64,000 nucleotides of DNA from Octopus bimaculoides. Lineage: Eukaryota. Shown piece by piece: positions 1 to 12,527 of the stretch; within the stretch, counting starts at the first letter, position 1, and every line of letters begins with the position of its first letter. The notes below the pieces were generated by a model. That model saw nothing but the letters and a program-made list of their open reading frames with translations. It did no database searches and had not been told where the DNA came from. A program made the translations under genes and the position numbers. The stretch is taken from the NCBI RefSeq assembly GCF_001194135.2, contig NC_069006.1, positions 16,322,831 through 16,386,830 of the forward strand, read 5' to 3'.

Positions 1-70
1 TTCTACAGCTGGATGCCCTTCCTAACGCCAACCACTCAGAGTGTGTAGTGGGTGCTTTTACGTGTCACCC
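1..70 (-). mobile_element. RTE-clade LINE 3' UTR fragment, cut by window start
   Basis: ctacagctggatgcccttcctaacgccaaccac; same UTR follows the RTE ORF end at 9.2-9.5 kb. Confidence 0.75.
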
Positions 71-74
71 AAAG

Positions 75-197
75 CAAAATTTATTCAGGGCCCTTAAAAT
101 ACTACTGTGGATCCCCAATTTACTATTTTATTCTATAGACCACAAAACTTTTATTTGGACCCTCAGGGGCCATATGGATCCCAGTTGAGAACCACTG
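75..197. mobile_element. hAT-type MITE terminal fragment
   Basis: Ends gttgagaaccactg, the reverse complement of the CAGTGGTTCTCAAC hAT terminus. Confidence 0.5.
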
Positions 198-266
198 GTT
201 TAGAGGACGAAAGTGGGTTATCCTTCTGACAGAACTATGTTAGCCTGGCCTGATATCACATGTACA

Positions 267-485
267 TTAACCCTTTAACATTTAAACTGGCCATATCCAG
301 TTAAAATATTCTACCTTGTTAATGTTCAAACTGGCCTTATCTGGCCTCTCACACCTACTCTACAATGTCATTCTAAAGATAAAGAATCACATCATCAAAA
401 TCTTGAAGCTATGAGATAATGCATGATAAACAATGTCAGTAAGCATTACATGTGACAGAGCAAATTGAATGCTATAAATGGTTGA
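267..485 (+). mobile_element. piggyBac-type MITE family 1 (~220 bp)
   Basis: ttaa-ccctttaacattt start; body shared with more than 10 copies in the window. Confidence 0.75.
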
Positions 486-1507
486 AAATGGTAGTGGGTG
501 GATTGAATCATGGTTAAGTGGGGTGCCATTGAAACCATGTTACTTTAAGAAAAGAGGGGATAATTAAAAAAAAAAAATCTGAAAAAAGTCCTATGCTAGC
601 TGGAAGCTGAGCTAGAGCTGAACATCAACAAGAATAAATTTGCTGTGTAATATAATGTTTTGTTCATTTGCAAAGTGCTGAACTGAAATAATCTTCATTG
701 AAAATTATGCAGTTATCACATGTTGCTGCTGCTGCTGTTGCTGCAGCAGCAGCAGTAGTAGTAATAGTAGTGGCAGCAGCAGCAGCTAAGGTACATTATA
801 AGCAACACCCTAGAGACTTCTCCCAGAGGTACAGGGAACAATCAATCAATATCCCAATCAATCACTGGCGTACACAGAGTCACTTTTGTTGTTAGACTAA
901 TATCAAAGAATGAATGGTTCTTCCGTTAGAATTTCAGATTCAAAACAAAGACCAAAATAAATAACAGAATCAATAACGGTACATTTACTATACTTCAAGG
1001 AAATGACTTGACTTGTCGAGAAATAAAAAAAACAAAAAGAAAAGAAGTTTCCTGTTTCAATGATTATTTCAAATTCTGACAGATAATAGTTCATATACAA
1101 GGTTTTCAATTAGATGTGAATTTATTTATTTGGTTCAAAACACACGCGTGCACACACACGCACACATTTTAGGAAAGCTGGGAGTGAATGTGTTAAAAAA
1201 AAATTTCAGGTTTTCTTTTTTGAATTTTAATGAATAAAATATCCTTCATTTGTAATTACAGACATGAAACTTCTCCACATTTGCATTAACATGAAAATCT
1301 TTTAAATTTTTTTTTTTTTGTCTTTTATCAATTTTGAAGTAGCTTTTCTCTGATGTTTTCTGGGACAGCATGTCCACTTCCCAACTGTAGCTATTTTTAA
1401 GTGTAACGTTTCATAGTTCATTCATGCTCCTTACTTACTTACACTGCATCTGAAGATAGCACACAAAATCAATTTTGTACTAGGATTTTACTAAATCACA
1501 GATATAG

Positions 1508-1860
1508 CACAGGGTGGCTGTGTGGTAAGAAGCTTACTTCCCAACTACATGGTTGAAGGTTCATTCCCACTGCATGGCACTTTGTGGTGGGGGAGGGATA
1601 TTAAAAAATAGCAAAATCATCTAGAAAACACTTTATTTCATGTTGCTCCAGTCCACTCAGTTGGCAAAAATGAGTAGTACCTATATTTCAAAGGTCCAAC
1701 TTTGTCACATGCTGTATCATGCTGAATCTCCTTGAGAACTAAATTAAGGGCATGTGTGTCTGTGGAGTGCTCAACCATTTGCACATTAATTTCAAGAGCA
1801 GGCTGTTCTGTTGATTGGATTATTTGGAACCCTTGTCGTTATTACCAATAATGTGCCAGT
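1508..1860 (+). mobile_element. Composite SINE: family C head, then B body and tail X
   Basis: ggctgtgtggtaagaagc head; cactttatttcatgttgctccagt body; tail matches 38030-38200. Confidence 0.6.
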
Positions 1861-2239
1861 TAATTAACCTTCCTCACCCAAGTATCCCCCATAAACAACT
1901 TAGACACCTCATGCCAACTCTGCACAGACTCCATGAATATAGTCCTTGAAAATACCTTCAATAGGTTCATAAGTATTTTGTCTCTTACAACAACACAAAG
2001 AAAACATTATTGCAACACTTCATTCAGCATGAATGCCACATAATGAGAAAACTTAAGATCGCTACAAATATAATGCCTCACCATCACTAGAGGTCTCTCC
2101 TGACAAATATGCATCCTGAACATAAACATAGTGCATCAGCATGGCCGCAGCTCTAAGCTGAAACTTTAAAAAAATAAATAAATAAAAAATAAAGCTGCAT
2201 AACTAAGGCTGACTATCTTCTTCAGAGCCAGAAAATATT

Positions 2240-2690
2240 TCAATCAAACCACTAAGATCAAATGATATCGACAGAACACTGGTGAGAAAGATCTCCAGAT
2301 GTTGGGTCAGAGAGAGAATGATAGGGGACCGAGACTCCCGATGGTTTCCTATGCTTGAGAAAACACATCAAGCTAAGTAAAACTGTGGTTGTCCTTGCAT
2401 ACAGGCATGTCTCTTGCATCCCTCTCCAGCTGAGCATGCCTTAATCTTACAGGCTCATGGGTGCTGGTGCCATGTAAACTGCACCCGTACCAGTGCCAAA
2501 AAATGCACCCATGCCACTGCTGTGTAAAACCACCCAGCACACTCTATGAAGTGGTTGGCATTAGGAAGGGCATCCAACTGTAGAAACTATGCCAAAACAG
2601 ACATGGAACCAATGGTAGTTCTTCAGCTGGCCAGCTCCTGCCAAACCATTCAACCCATGTCAGCATGGAAAATAGACATTAAATAGAAAG
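2240..2690 (+). mobile_element. 5'-truncated RTE LINE (ORF C-terminus plus 3' UTR)
   Basis: Reads ...DRDSRWFPMLEKTHQAK* then the ggaagggcatcc...gacattaaat UTR. Confidence 0.7.
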
Positions 2691-3345
2691 TAAAGTAAAG
2701 TACTGATCCTACACCTGAGCTGGTGATGCTACAAGCACTGAAATCTTCATCTGCATCCTTAGAAAAGAAAAGAAACTGAATGTCAGCAACACACTCCAAC
2801 ATCCAGAGTGTGTTGGTCAGTGACTTACTTCACAGATGTGTTGTCTCTATCTTTTATGCAATTACTACAATGGCCCCTGCTCCTCAAAGTTGGACAATTT
2901 TATGCCACATTCATTCAGAAACTCTTTGCTTATTCTCTATTCACCCACAGTGTCCACTACTCACCACACCCTCCGGGACCAGCACGAACCACTGCGTCTT
3001 AGTCCTTCTTCTCTAGAATTTCACCCCTCAGGAATTCCCTTTTCTTCACATCTTTTTCTGCAGTCGTTGGCTAACAATTATTCAAATGCATCGATCCCAA
3101 CAGTCTCAGGGAGACCTGTGAGAGTCAATAAGAAATAAAAAAAATTTATCTTTAAAAGACAGGATGGTCATGACTGAAACATCTGTCTTCATTAGTCTTC
3201 ATTAGTCTTCTCAATCAGGGCAAACCTAGACTAGATAACAAGAATACAGCAAAAAAAGAGACCCCAAAAGAAACAGCAAAGAAAAATCAAACTTTTAAAG
3301 AAATGTAAGATTTGGGAATTTTTTTTTTTTTTGTTCTTAAAATAG

Positions 3346-3725
3346 TTGGCACTCCGTCACTTACGACGTTGAGGGTTCCAGTTGATCCAATCAACAGAAT
3401 AGCCTGCTCGTGAAATTAACGTGCAAGTGGCTGAGCACTCCACAGACACGTGTACCCTTAACATAGTTCTCGGGGATATTCAGTGTGACACAATGTGACA
3501 AGGCTGACCCTTTGAATTACAGGCACAACAGAGACAGGAAGTAAGAGTGAGAGAAAGTTGTGGTGGAAGAGTACAACAGGGTTCACCACCATCCCGTGCC
3601 GGAGCCTTGTGGAGCTTTAGGTGTTTCTGCTCAATAAACACTCACAACGCCCGGTCTGGGAATCGAAACCACGATCCTATGACCGCGAGTCCGCTGCCCT
3701 AACCACTGGGCCATTGCGCCTCCAC
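3346..3725 (-). mobile_element. tRNA-derived SINE family A, tail X, full length
   Basis: Minus-strand head ggcgcaatggcccagtggttaggg...ggtttcgattcc with A and B boxes; tcttaaaa on both flanks. Confidence 0.85.
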
Positions 3726-3839
3726 TCTTAAAAAAATAGCAAATAGATGATAACCTGTGGAAATTATCCCATCATTACTAATGCTAAGTAATATCTAAAA
3801 TTTTGGCATATAAATCTGAAAGATAGTCTAAAGACAAAA

Positions 3840-4073
3840 TTAATCCTTTAGCATTCAGATTTCTTTGTCAAATGTAATGCTTATTTATTTACATTGTTTT
3901 GAATTAATCGTATTTTGAATTAATCTTGTCGCCTCAAGATTTCAATGATGTAGTAGTAAACGTTTAGAATGAAATTGTAGGGTAGGTGTAAGAGACCAGA
4001 TCTAGCTGGTTTCAACATAAAACAGGTATAATATCTGGACCAGATATGGCTAGATTAAATGCTACAGGGTTAA
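3840..4073 (-). mobile_element. piggyBac-type MITE family 1
   Basis: ttaatcctttagcatt...aatgctacagggttaa. Confidence 0.8.
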
Positions 4074-4295
4074 ACCTGTAGCATTATCCAGCCATATCCA
4101 GCCAAAATATTCTACCTGTTTTATCTTCAGATCAGCCTAATCTGGCCTCTCACACTTACCCTACAATATTATTCTAGAAATAAACAGTCAGGTCATTGAA
4201 ATTTCAAAGCTACAAGGTTATGCATGATTAATTCAAAACATTGTGAATAAATAAGCATTACATTTGACCGAGAAATGTGAATGAAAAAGAGTTAA
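4070..4295 (+). mobile_element. piggyBac-type MITE family 1, inverted partner of the previous copy
   Basis: Shares TTAA 4070-4073; family body in opposite orientation. Confidence 0.75.
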
Positions 4296-4627
4296 ATAAG
4301 GATGTGGCAAATTAAGATATAACTAATTGGTGTTGACATTGATCAAAAGAACATGTTAGTCAATAAATAAATTCCTTCAACCATTAATTGAAAAATTGAC
4401 CATTGAAGATAAGTTTACACACACACACATACACACAACCTTCATTCTGATTTCTGTCCCTAGAATGTAACCATGCTGATGCTCTATTTTCAAGGAATAT
4501 TTTTAGTCAACTATACTAGTACTTTATCTGGTACTTTATCTGGTACACATTTCATCGCTGTTGTAAGATACAAATTGGAGCATGGGAATTGCTGTAATAA
4601 TAAAAAAAAAAGGTAATTCAGTTAGAC

Positions 4628-4852
4628 TTAACTCTTTTGATACCAACCCTGCCCAAGACTCTCCCTGCTTTTTTGATCCAAACTTTCTATATAAAGAGAT
4701 CTAAATTATGATTTCTCATTAAAATTTCATGCTAATTTATATTCCAATTAGCAGCTTAGTAATGACCAAGATATTTTAATTAATTCCTTATCATTTTCAA
4801 AATTAATTGAAATCAATAGAAATATGGTAAGAAAAGTGTTGAATAATACAAG
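4628..4852 (+). mobile_element. piggyBac-type MITE family 2
   Basis: ttaactcttttgatacc start; homologous to 52780-53008 in reverse. Confidence 0.6.
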
Positions 4853-5249
4853 GTATTTCTGCTCAAATGTTCTTTTACCCCATGGTAATACCCACTCAGG
4901 TTCAGCCTACAAAAGTTTATACACAGAGTAATGGTCAACTCTCGGCTGTGGTAGAAGACAGTCACACACACAGACATAAGAGATGATAATATACAAGGAC
5001 AGACAATCAGTAAAACACAAATCTATTGAATCCTTCAAGATGATGCAAGCCTCGTGTGAATAAATGAATAACATTAAATAAACAAAAACAAAATGAAATG
5101 GAAAATAAAATAGAAACAAAAATCTAATGAAAATAAAAAGCTGGAATGGAAAGATATGAAAATGATAGGAAAGGTATGAGACTGGCGAGGGTAGAGGGTA
5201 TGTTGTTTGGTGAGAGGGATTATTGGTTAAAAATATGAATATATGAAAT

Positions 5250-5530
5250 TCTCATACATAAAATTTATTGAGCAAAAACAAAACAGAAAAAAAAGAAAGA
5301 AAGAAAGAAACGGTGAGAGAGAGAAAAAAAAGAGTGGGAAGAAAAGAGAAAGGGGGAAACAAAACAGAAAAAAGAAAGAAAGAAAGAAAAGGTGAGAGAG
5401 TAAAAAGAGAAAAGGGGGGGGAATCGGAAAAGAAAGAGAAAAATAATGAAAAAGAAATATAAAAAAAGAATAAAGACCAAAAAAAAACGAACAACAAAGA
5501 GCAAGAAAAATATAAGTATCAAAACAGAAA
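5250..5530. repeat. GA-rich low-complexity tract
   Basis: Almost purely A and G on the + strand. Confidence 0.9.
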
Positions 5531-5917
5531 AACGAAGAGGTGATATAGGGAGTGGGGGGTAGGAGTGGTGGAGGTGGAGAGAAACTGTCTTATCACTGAT
5601 TCACTGTGAATATATAAGACTGAAAGTCTTTTATAAGCCAGCTAATAATTTGATCTCTTCAGGTCTTTTCTACTTACTATCCTGAGACTTTTTGCTAATT
5701 TTCATAGTATTCATTGAATACTTGTGGCATTATTCAAGCTCAGATCAAAACTATTTATTGCGCAGCTGTTGTGATTGATTATAAACCCCACAAAGTCAAT
5801 TTAGAGATAAGCCGCCACATCGCCATTTAGCATGAAAATAGTTGTATTGGTTCATGCATATATGAATGAATGAATGTTACTGAAATGTGTTTGTACACAT
5901 GCGGATGTTCACGGATA

Positions 5918-5953
<36 letters not shown>

Positions 5954-6034
5954 TACCACTCGATCGTACTACTTCCAAACATGTAACTGAATGAACGTAA
6001 GGTGTGTGTGTATATATATATATATATTTTATCT

Positions 6035-6229
6035 CTCTTATGTGCTTGTCATTTGACTGTGGCCACGCTGGGGCACTGCCTTCAAGGGCTTTAGTTAAAC
6101 AAATCAACCCTGTAATTTTTTTTTTTTTGTAGCCTAGTACTTATTCTATCTGTCTTTTTTACTGAACCACTAAGTTACAAGGATGTAAACACACCATCAC
6201 CAGAGACAACATAAACATGAACACACACA

Positions 6230-6276
<47 letters not shown>

Positions 6277-6440
6277 AATGGGATTCTTTCACTTTCCATC
6301 TACCAAATCCATTCACAAGGCTTTGGTTGGCCCAAGGCAATAGTAGAAGATATTTGTCCAAGGTGCCACACAGTGGGACTGAACCTGGAACCATGTGATT
6401 GGGAAGCAAGCTTTTTACCACACAACCACACATGCACCTG
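6035..6440 (-). mobile_element. SINE family C (internal microsatellite), old copy
   Basis: Head and tail match 47212-47680; internal (CA)/(TG)n; CpG-decayed. Confidence 0.8.
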
Positions 6441-6457
6441 GTGATGATATATGTATG

Positions 6458-6517
<60 letters not shown>

Positions 6518-6519
6518 CA

Positions 6520-6735
6520 TCATCATCATCATTTAGCATTCATCTCCCATGCTGGCATGTGTTGGATGGTTTGACAGTTGCCTGCAAGCCAAAGGACTCC
6601 ACTGAACTCCACTCCCTGCTTTGGCATGGTTCTTATGGCTAGATGCCCTTCATAATGTCAACCACTTTACAGTGTGGGCTTGGTGCCTTTTACTTAGCAC
6701 CAGCACCAGGGAGGTGACCTTGCAAGACAAAGGTC
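6520..6735 (-). mobile_element. RTE 3' UTR fragment
   Basis: (cat)n tail, ccatgctggcatg, gatgcccttcataatgtcaaccact. Confidence 0.65.
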
Positions 6736-6759
6736 CTTATATACTTATATATACTTTCT

Positions 6760-7085
6760 AGGTGCAGGTGTGGCTGTGTGGTAAGAAGCTTGCTTCCCAA
6801 CCACACTGTCCCAGGTTCAGTGTGCCTTCTGCTATAGTCTCAGACTAAAAGAAGCCTGTCATGAGTGTGTGTGTTTGTGTCTGTGTTTGTCCCCGACCAG
6901 CACTTGACAACTGGTGTTTATATCCCCCATAACTTAGCAGCTTGGGAAAAGAGACTGATAGAATGAATACCAGGTTTTAAAAAGTAAGTACTGGGGTCGA
7001 TTCATTCGACTGATATTCTTCAACGCATTGCCCCAGCTTGGTTGCAGTCTAAGGACTGAAACAAGTTAAAGATAAAAGATAAAAG
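6760..7085 (+). mobile_element. SINE family C, internally deleted
   Basis: gtggctgtgtggtaagaagcttgc head; aaagataaaagat tail. Confidence 0.75.
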
Positions 7086-7434
7086 ATCAACACAAAGCTG
7101 GGGATTGACTCTTTCAATACTCAGAGATTCCTGATGGATGCAATCTGTCAAGTGCCAAGAGAAATATATATATAGATATATACGCATCATTAAATGCAAC
7201 CAAAATATTTGTGTATATGTGTGTGTGTGCGCACACATATGTATCTGTGTGCATATGCATGTGTGTGTACATGTGGGAATATGTGTGCACATACACACAC
7301 AGAGGGTAGTCCAAAACTCTCTTTCCATTTTAACAGTCATTTAAATTTTACCGTACCCTATGCATATACATGCACATACATATATGTGTGTTCAAACACC
7401 CATACACACACCCTCACATACATATGAAGAAACA

Positions 7435-7469
<35 letters not shown>

Positions 7470-8157
7470 AAACAGTGCTGCATTACACAGTGTTTCATCT
7501 ATAATCTCTTTTATCTTTCTATATTAAAACTTGCCTTCAAACTAAATATACATCGACTCTTACATCAGTAATTTATACATTTTCCAAAAAGGAATGACTT
7601 GTATCAAATTCATGTGATGTTCAACACATCTAAAGAAACATCCTTTATTTCTCATTTTTACATACACATATAGAGACAGAGAGAAATACACACAGACATA
7701 TAGAGAGACTTGTATGCACATATACATACAGCATAACTAAATACAACGACAAAAGAAGAACAGAAAAAGAGAAAGAAGGAAGTCGCAAAGAAAAGAAATT
7801 CTGAAGGAAAACATGAGAATTTATCATTACATTTTGGAAATTCCACATAAATAGAGTCTTGAAAAATCACAATCACATTCATCATTTACAAACTTAAATG
7901 ATAAAGAGGAAGTCTGGTTTGTGGCCTTGGCACTTTTAAATGAATACATATATATATATATATATATATTTGCAAAATTAGGAAAAAAAAAACGAAAAAA
8001 TGCAAGAGAAAACGACTCTGAAAGAATGATTTGTATATATAATAAAATCTTTAAAGAGTAATAGGAGGAGATGTTTGCAAACGTCTGAGCTTCCTTCTCT
8101 GTGTTGTCAAATATTTCCAAAACTATCCACAGAAACAGAATATTCATATAAAATGAG

Positions 8158-8203
<46 letters not shown>

Positions 8204-8329
8204 GTGTGTATGTGTGTGAAGACAACATGGTGAAGGAACATATATTGAAGCTGAGAGACATCTTAACCAGACAAATTCAAAGAAATACTAGTCGATGTAT
8301 ATGATCAGAAGACAGAGGCTCACAACACA

Positions 8330-9530
8330 CAGGACAAGTGGGAGTTTCTAAGAGGTAATTTTCTACAAGCAACAGACCAGATCCATGGCTGTTGTAAGAT
8401 AGAAGTTGACTTGATGGTGGGATGCTACCATAGATCCATAGATATAGCTACGAATGCAAAGCAACAAGCCTGAAAGAATTGGAAGAAATAGAGAGCAAAG
8501 ACCAATAAGAAACAGATAGATGAATTGCTAGACATCAGATATACTTAACAAATGAAGAAAGCATGAAGTTTGCACATGTTCATTGATCTGAGGTATTCCA
8601 AATTACAAAGAACTGTGTTCTGAAAGCATAGTTGCTACAATAAGAACAGGCTGGGCAAAGTTCAGAAAGTTTCTACCTCCGTTGGTAACTAAGGGCCTCT
8701 ACCTCAGAGTAAAAGGTAGATTGTATGATGCTTGTGTATGTACAGCTAAGCTACATGGCAGTGGAACATGGGCTATGACAGCAGAGGATTTGTGAAGGCT
8801 TGAAAGAAATGAAGGTAGCATGCTCCACTGGATGGGCAATGTCACTGTGCACGCTAGACAGAGTGTAAATGATTTAAGAGAAAATCTGAGTATAAGAGGC
8901 ATCAGATATTGTGTGCAAGACAGAACGCTGCACTGGTTTGGTCATGTGGTGCACATAGATGTCAACAGCTCCATAAAGAAGTGTAAATCTCTCAAAGTGG
9001 TTGGAACACGTGGAAGTGGGAGACCCAGGAAAATATGGCAGGAAGTACTGAAGAACAACTTCAGGACGCTGAACCTTTCAGGTGAGATGACAAAGGATCA
9101 AGGTGCCTGGCACCTGGCTGAGACAAATAGAATAAGTACTAGGCTTGAAAAGAAATAAGTCCTGGGGCTGATTTGTTCAATTAGCTGTACTCAAGAGGAC
9201 CCATACTCCACAGCAAAAGTGTTAAGACTGGTCCCACTGGTGGTGAGGATTGACCTGCAAGAGTCCTGTGTCGTGGTGCCATGAAAAAGTGCTCATGCAG
9301 TTCCATGTAAAAGAACTTGTGTGGTGCCACATACAAGTGCCCATGCAGTGTCATATAAAAGCATCCAGCACATGCTGTAAAGTGGTTGGCATTGGGAAGG
9401 GCATCCAGCCATAGAAACCATGCCAAACCAGACGGGTGCAGCTCTCCAGCTTGCCATCTCCGGTCAAACCATCCAACCTGTGCCAGCATGGACAACTGAC
9501 ATTGAATGATGATGATAGTGATGATGATGA
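8330..9530 (+). mobile_element. Degenerate RTE-clade LINE (post-RT C-terminal region plus 3' UTR)
   Basis: IRTGWAKFRKFLP, KGRLYDACV, LHWFGHVVH, GRPRKIWQEV motifs with stops; UTR ends in (gat)n. Confidence 0.85.
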
Positions 9531-9611
9531 TATATATAACATATATATATATATATATTGTTGTACTTGGGGATGGTCATATTGCCAGTTTAGCCAATAT
9601 ATATATATAGC

Positions 9612-10281
9612 TGCACATGTGGCTGTATGATAAGAAGCTTGCTTCCCAACCACACGATTCCGAGTGCAGTCCCACTGCATGGCACCTTGGGCAAGTGTCT
9701 TCTACTATAGCCTTGAGCTGACCAAAGCCTTGTGAGTGGATTTGCTAGACGGAAATTGAAAGAAGCCTGTTGCATATATATGTTCTGTTCTGTCTTGGTC
9801 AGTTAAGATTTTTCCATTTCCTTTTTCCTTGCGCTAGCTTACTATACTTGTCTGATAGCCGAAAGGCCCTGTTTGTTTTGTTTTATTTTTGTTGTAATTG
9901 TATAATTATTTTCCTTTCATTGTATAGCCGAAAGGCTTTTGTCCATTGTATATGCATAATCCTATTTCTTATGCTATGTTCATCTGATAGTCAAAATATC
10001 TTTTTCTGTTTGTTACTTCTTCGTATTTATATATATACATTCGTTTGCGTTGCCCAGGGGCTTAATGCCGTTAGCTTAAGCCCTTGGCCCAACCAGTTTT
10101 GAGTAGTATCGGAGATGAATGGGTGAAACTACATAGACATTCCGTCTCTGACTGAAGAGGCAATTGGCTGTGAATGATCTATGTATCTTGCTTTGTCTTG
10201 TTTGCCATTGTTGTGCTATCATCCTTTTTCTGCTTGTTATGTTTTGATGGTTTCCATTTGTTGTATTTTTTACCTTTGATT

Positions 10282-10320
<39 letters not shown>

Positions 10321-10510
10321 CTTTGTGTCTATGTTTGTCCCCCCACCGCTGCTTGACAATCAATGTTTGTGTGCTTATGTCCCCGTAACTTAGTGGTTCG
10401 GCAAAAGAGACAAATAGAATAAGTATTAGGCTTGAAAAGAAATAAGTCCTGGGGCTGATTTGTTCAACTAAAACCCTTCAAGGTAGTGAAACAAGTAAAA
10501 GATAAAAGAT
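9612..10510 (+). mobile_element. SINE family C carrying a ~480-bp insertion in its microsatellite
   Basis: Head 9612-9775, tail 10270-10510, foreign AT-rich block between. Confidence 0.75.
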
Positions 10511-10529
10511 AACATTTATACATATCCCT

Positions 10530-10700
10530 TCAAGGAGATGGACCTGCTCAACACGTAGAAAAGGTGAAGGTAGAACCTCTATGAGGTGTACCCAGTGCAA
10601 GCTATGGACACATAACAGGTGCAGCGGTATCAGAGAAAAGTTAACAGAGAAAGTATGCTTTGTGTATGGCAGATGTGTAGGCACAATAAACACTAGGAAT
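10530..10700 (+). mobile_element. RTE LINE Cys-rich fragment
   Basis: CTQCKLWTHNRCSGIREKLTEKVCFVYGRC, a PHD-like motif of RTE ORFs. Confidence 0.6.
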
Positions 10701-11170
10701 GTATATAAGTCAATGAATATACCTTGACTTTATTGTAATTTCTATATAAATGCATATTTTATAGACACATATATATATATGCAGACAAATACACACATAT
10801 GTATACAGATATCTCTGTCATATTTAAATCAGTAACCATTTCTGATTAACAACATTGTTTTGACGATCTGAGCAAACATCACTTCTAAATTATTTTAAAT
10901 TATGTATCTTAGTTACCTAATTATAGAAATAATGATATTTATTACTAATTAAACAGCTGTTGCACACAATTAAATTATGAACTATATGTGAAATTAATGG
11001 TTTTCTGCCTTATATTCTGAATGTGTTGGTCTAGACATTCATTTCAGCTAATTATGTATATAGATCCATGTTAATTCCATCTGGATTTACTGCAATGTAA
11101 TAATGTATTGGTGTTTAACAACCTGTTATTAATTGAGCTCTTAATTAGATACATTTTTCTTTATGTTTAT

Positions 11171-11208
<38 letters not shown>

Positions 11209-11334
11209 GTGAGTGCAATGTTTTTCAAATAAAGGCACAGTAATATGCAAAGGGAGCGATGGATTATCTAGTTAAAGTTTCATTTGTGAAATACTGTTGT
11301 TTTGAATTTGCTGCAGAAAGTGGTCAACATTTGT

Positions 11335-11388
11335 GGTGGTGAGTGGAGGGGGCGCTAAGAATGTGGCCCAAGTGCCAAGGGGGTAGCA

Positions 11389-11422
<34 letters not shown>

Positions 11423-11590
11423 ATATATACGACGGGTTTGTTTCAGTTTCCGTCTACTAAATCCACTGACAAGGCTTTGGTCGGACCGAGGCTATGGTAG
11501 AAGACACTTGCCCAAGGTGCCACACAGTGGGACTGAACCCGGAACCATGTGGTTGAGAATCAAGCTTCTTACCATACAGCCACATTTACG
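11335..11590 (-). mobile_element. SINE family C, partial
   Basis: ccgtctactaaatccactgacaaggctttggtcggaccgagg. Confidence 0.8.
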
Positions 11591-12527
11591 ATCATATCTT
11601 CTCAATAAGAGCCAATTTTGAAGGTTAAAAGTTAACTCATCTACAATAACAAAGAGAACAGAAATGCTTATAACATATTCTTCTCTTTATAAAATACTTC
11701 TTTCCAATATGAACTTCTGGTTTTCTGTAAACAACTGCGGAGTAATTGTTTTGTTGATTTTTCTAAGACTTCCATGTGAATATGTGAAGCAGAGATTAAA
11801 GGGATTTGTTAAAGAAGTTTTATTAAGAGTTATATAAAGGGCTACGCTTTTAATCTCTTAAACTTAACTGGCATGCTTATTAATTTCCTGAATATCTAAC
11901 CACTTTATAACAGAAACCATAAAAAGCAAGCTGCTGAAGTATCTATGTGTATGCTAAGATGTTTGTTTTGTTTTCGTAAAAGGACAAAAATGATATGATG
12001 CTTATGTTCACATACATATCAAAGATTATAGAAAAGCAGATTTTCATCATCATCATCATCATATCTCTCTCTCTCTCTCTCTCTCTCTCTTGCTTTTTGA
12101 AAATGAAAAGTGACACAAAGAAGGACCGTGAAAACAAAATATAGAAAAAACAACAGAAAGAAAATACTGAAACAAGGAATGGCATAGCTCCATTGCTTCC
12201 TCCCTGGTCTAGTTTTGCATGAAACTTACACTTAACCATTTAGATTATATGGGAGATCTAATATCTGTACTCTTTAGATATTAAAGTACGTATGCAAGCA
12301 AACATCCAGTGTGTGCTAGCAGCTGTTTATTTGTAAACAAATAACTGGTTACTTTATATATCTTGATAGGGCCAACTAAACTAATTCACTCAACAATACA
12401 AGAAGATAAACAACTTCCATAATTAAGGTTAATTATATACATGTGTGTGTATGTGTATAAATAGATATAGACACACACACACATACACACACACACAATG
12501 CAGAAACAAAACAAAAATGAACACAAG

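Noticed and set aside
2047-3115. Minus-strand exon chain (3115-2965, about 2758-2716, about 2113-2080) and microexons near 1450 and 13315
   Set aside because: The 151-nt exon has stops in all frames, one donor is weak, and signals of this quality are expected by chance in 57 kb.
3655-3725. tRNA-like sequence with A and B boxes (also at 40700, 47855, 58215)
   Set aside because: SINE heads continuous with SINE bodies and bounded by TSDs; no complete cloverleaf seen.
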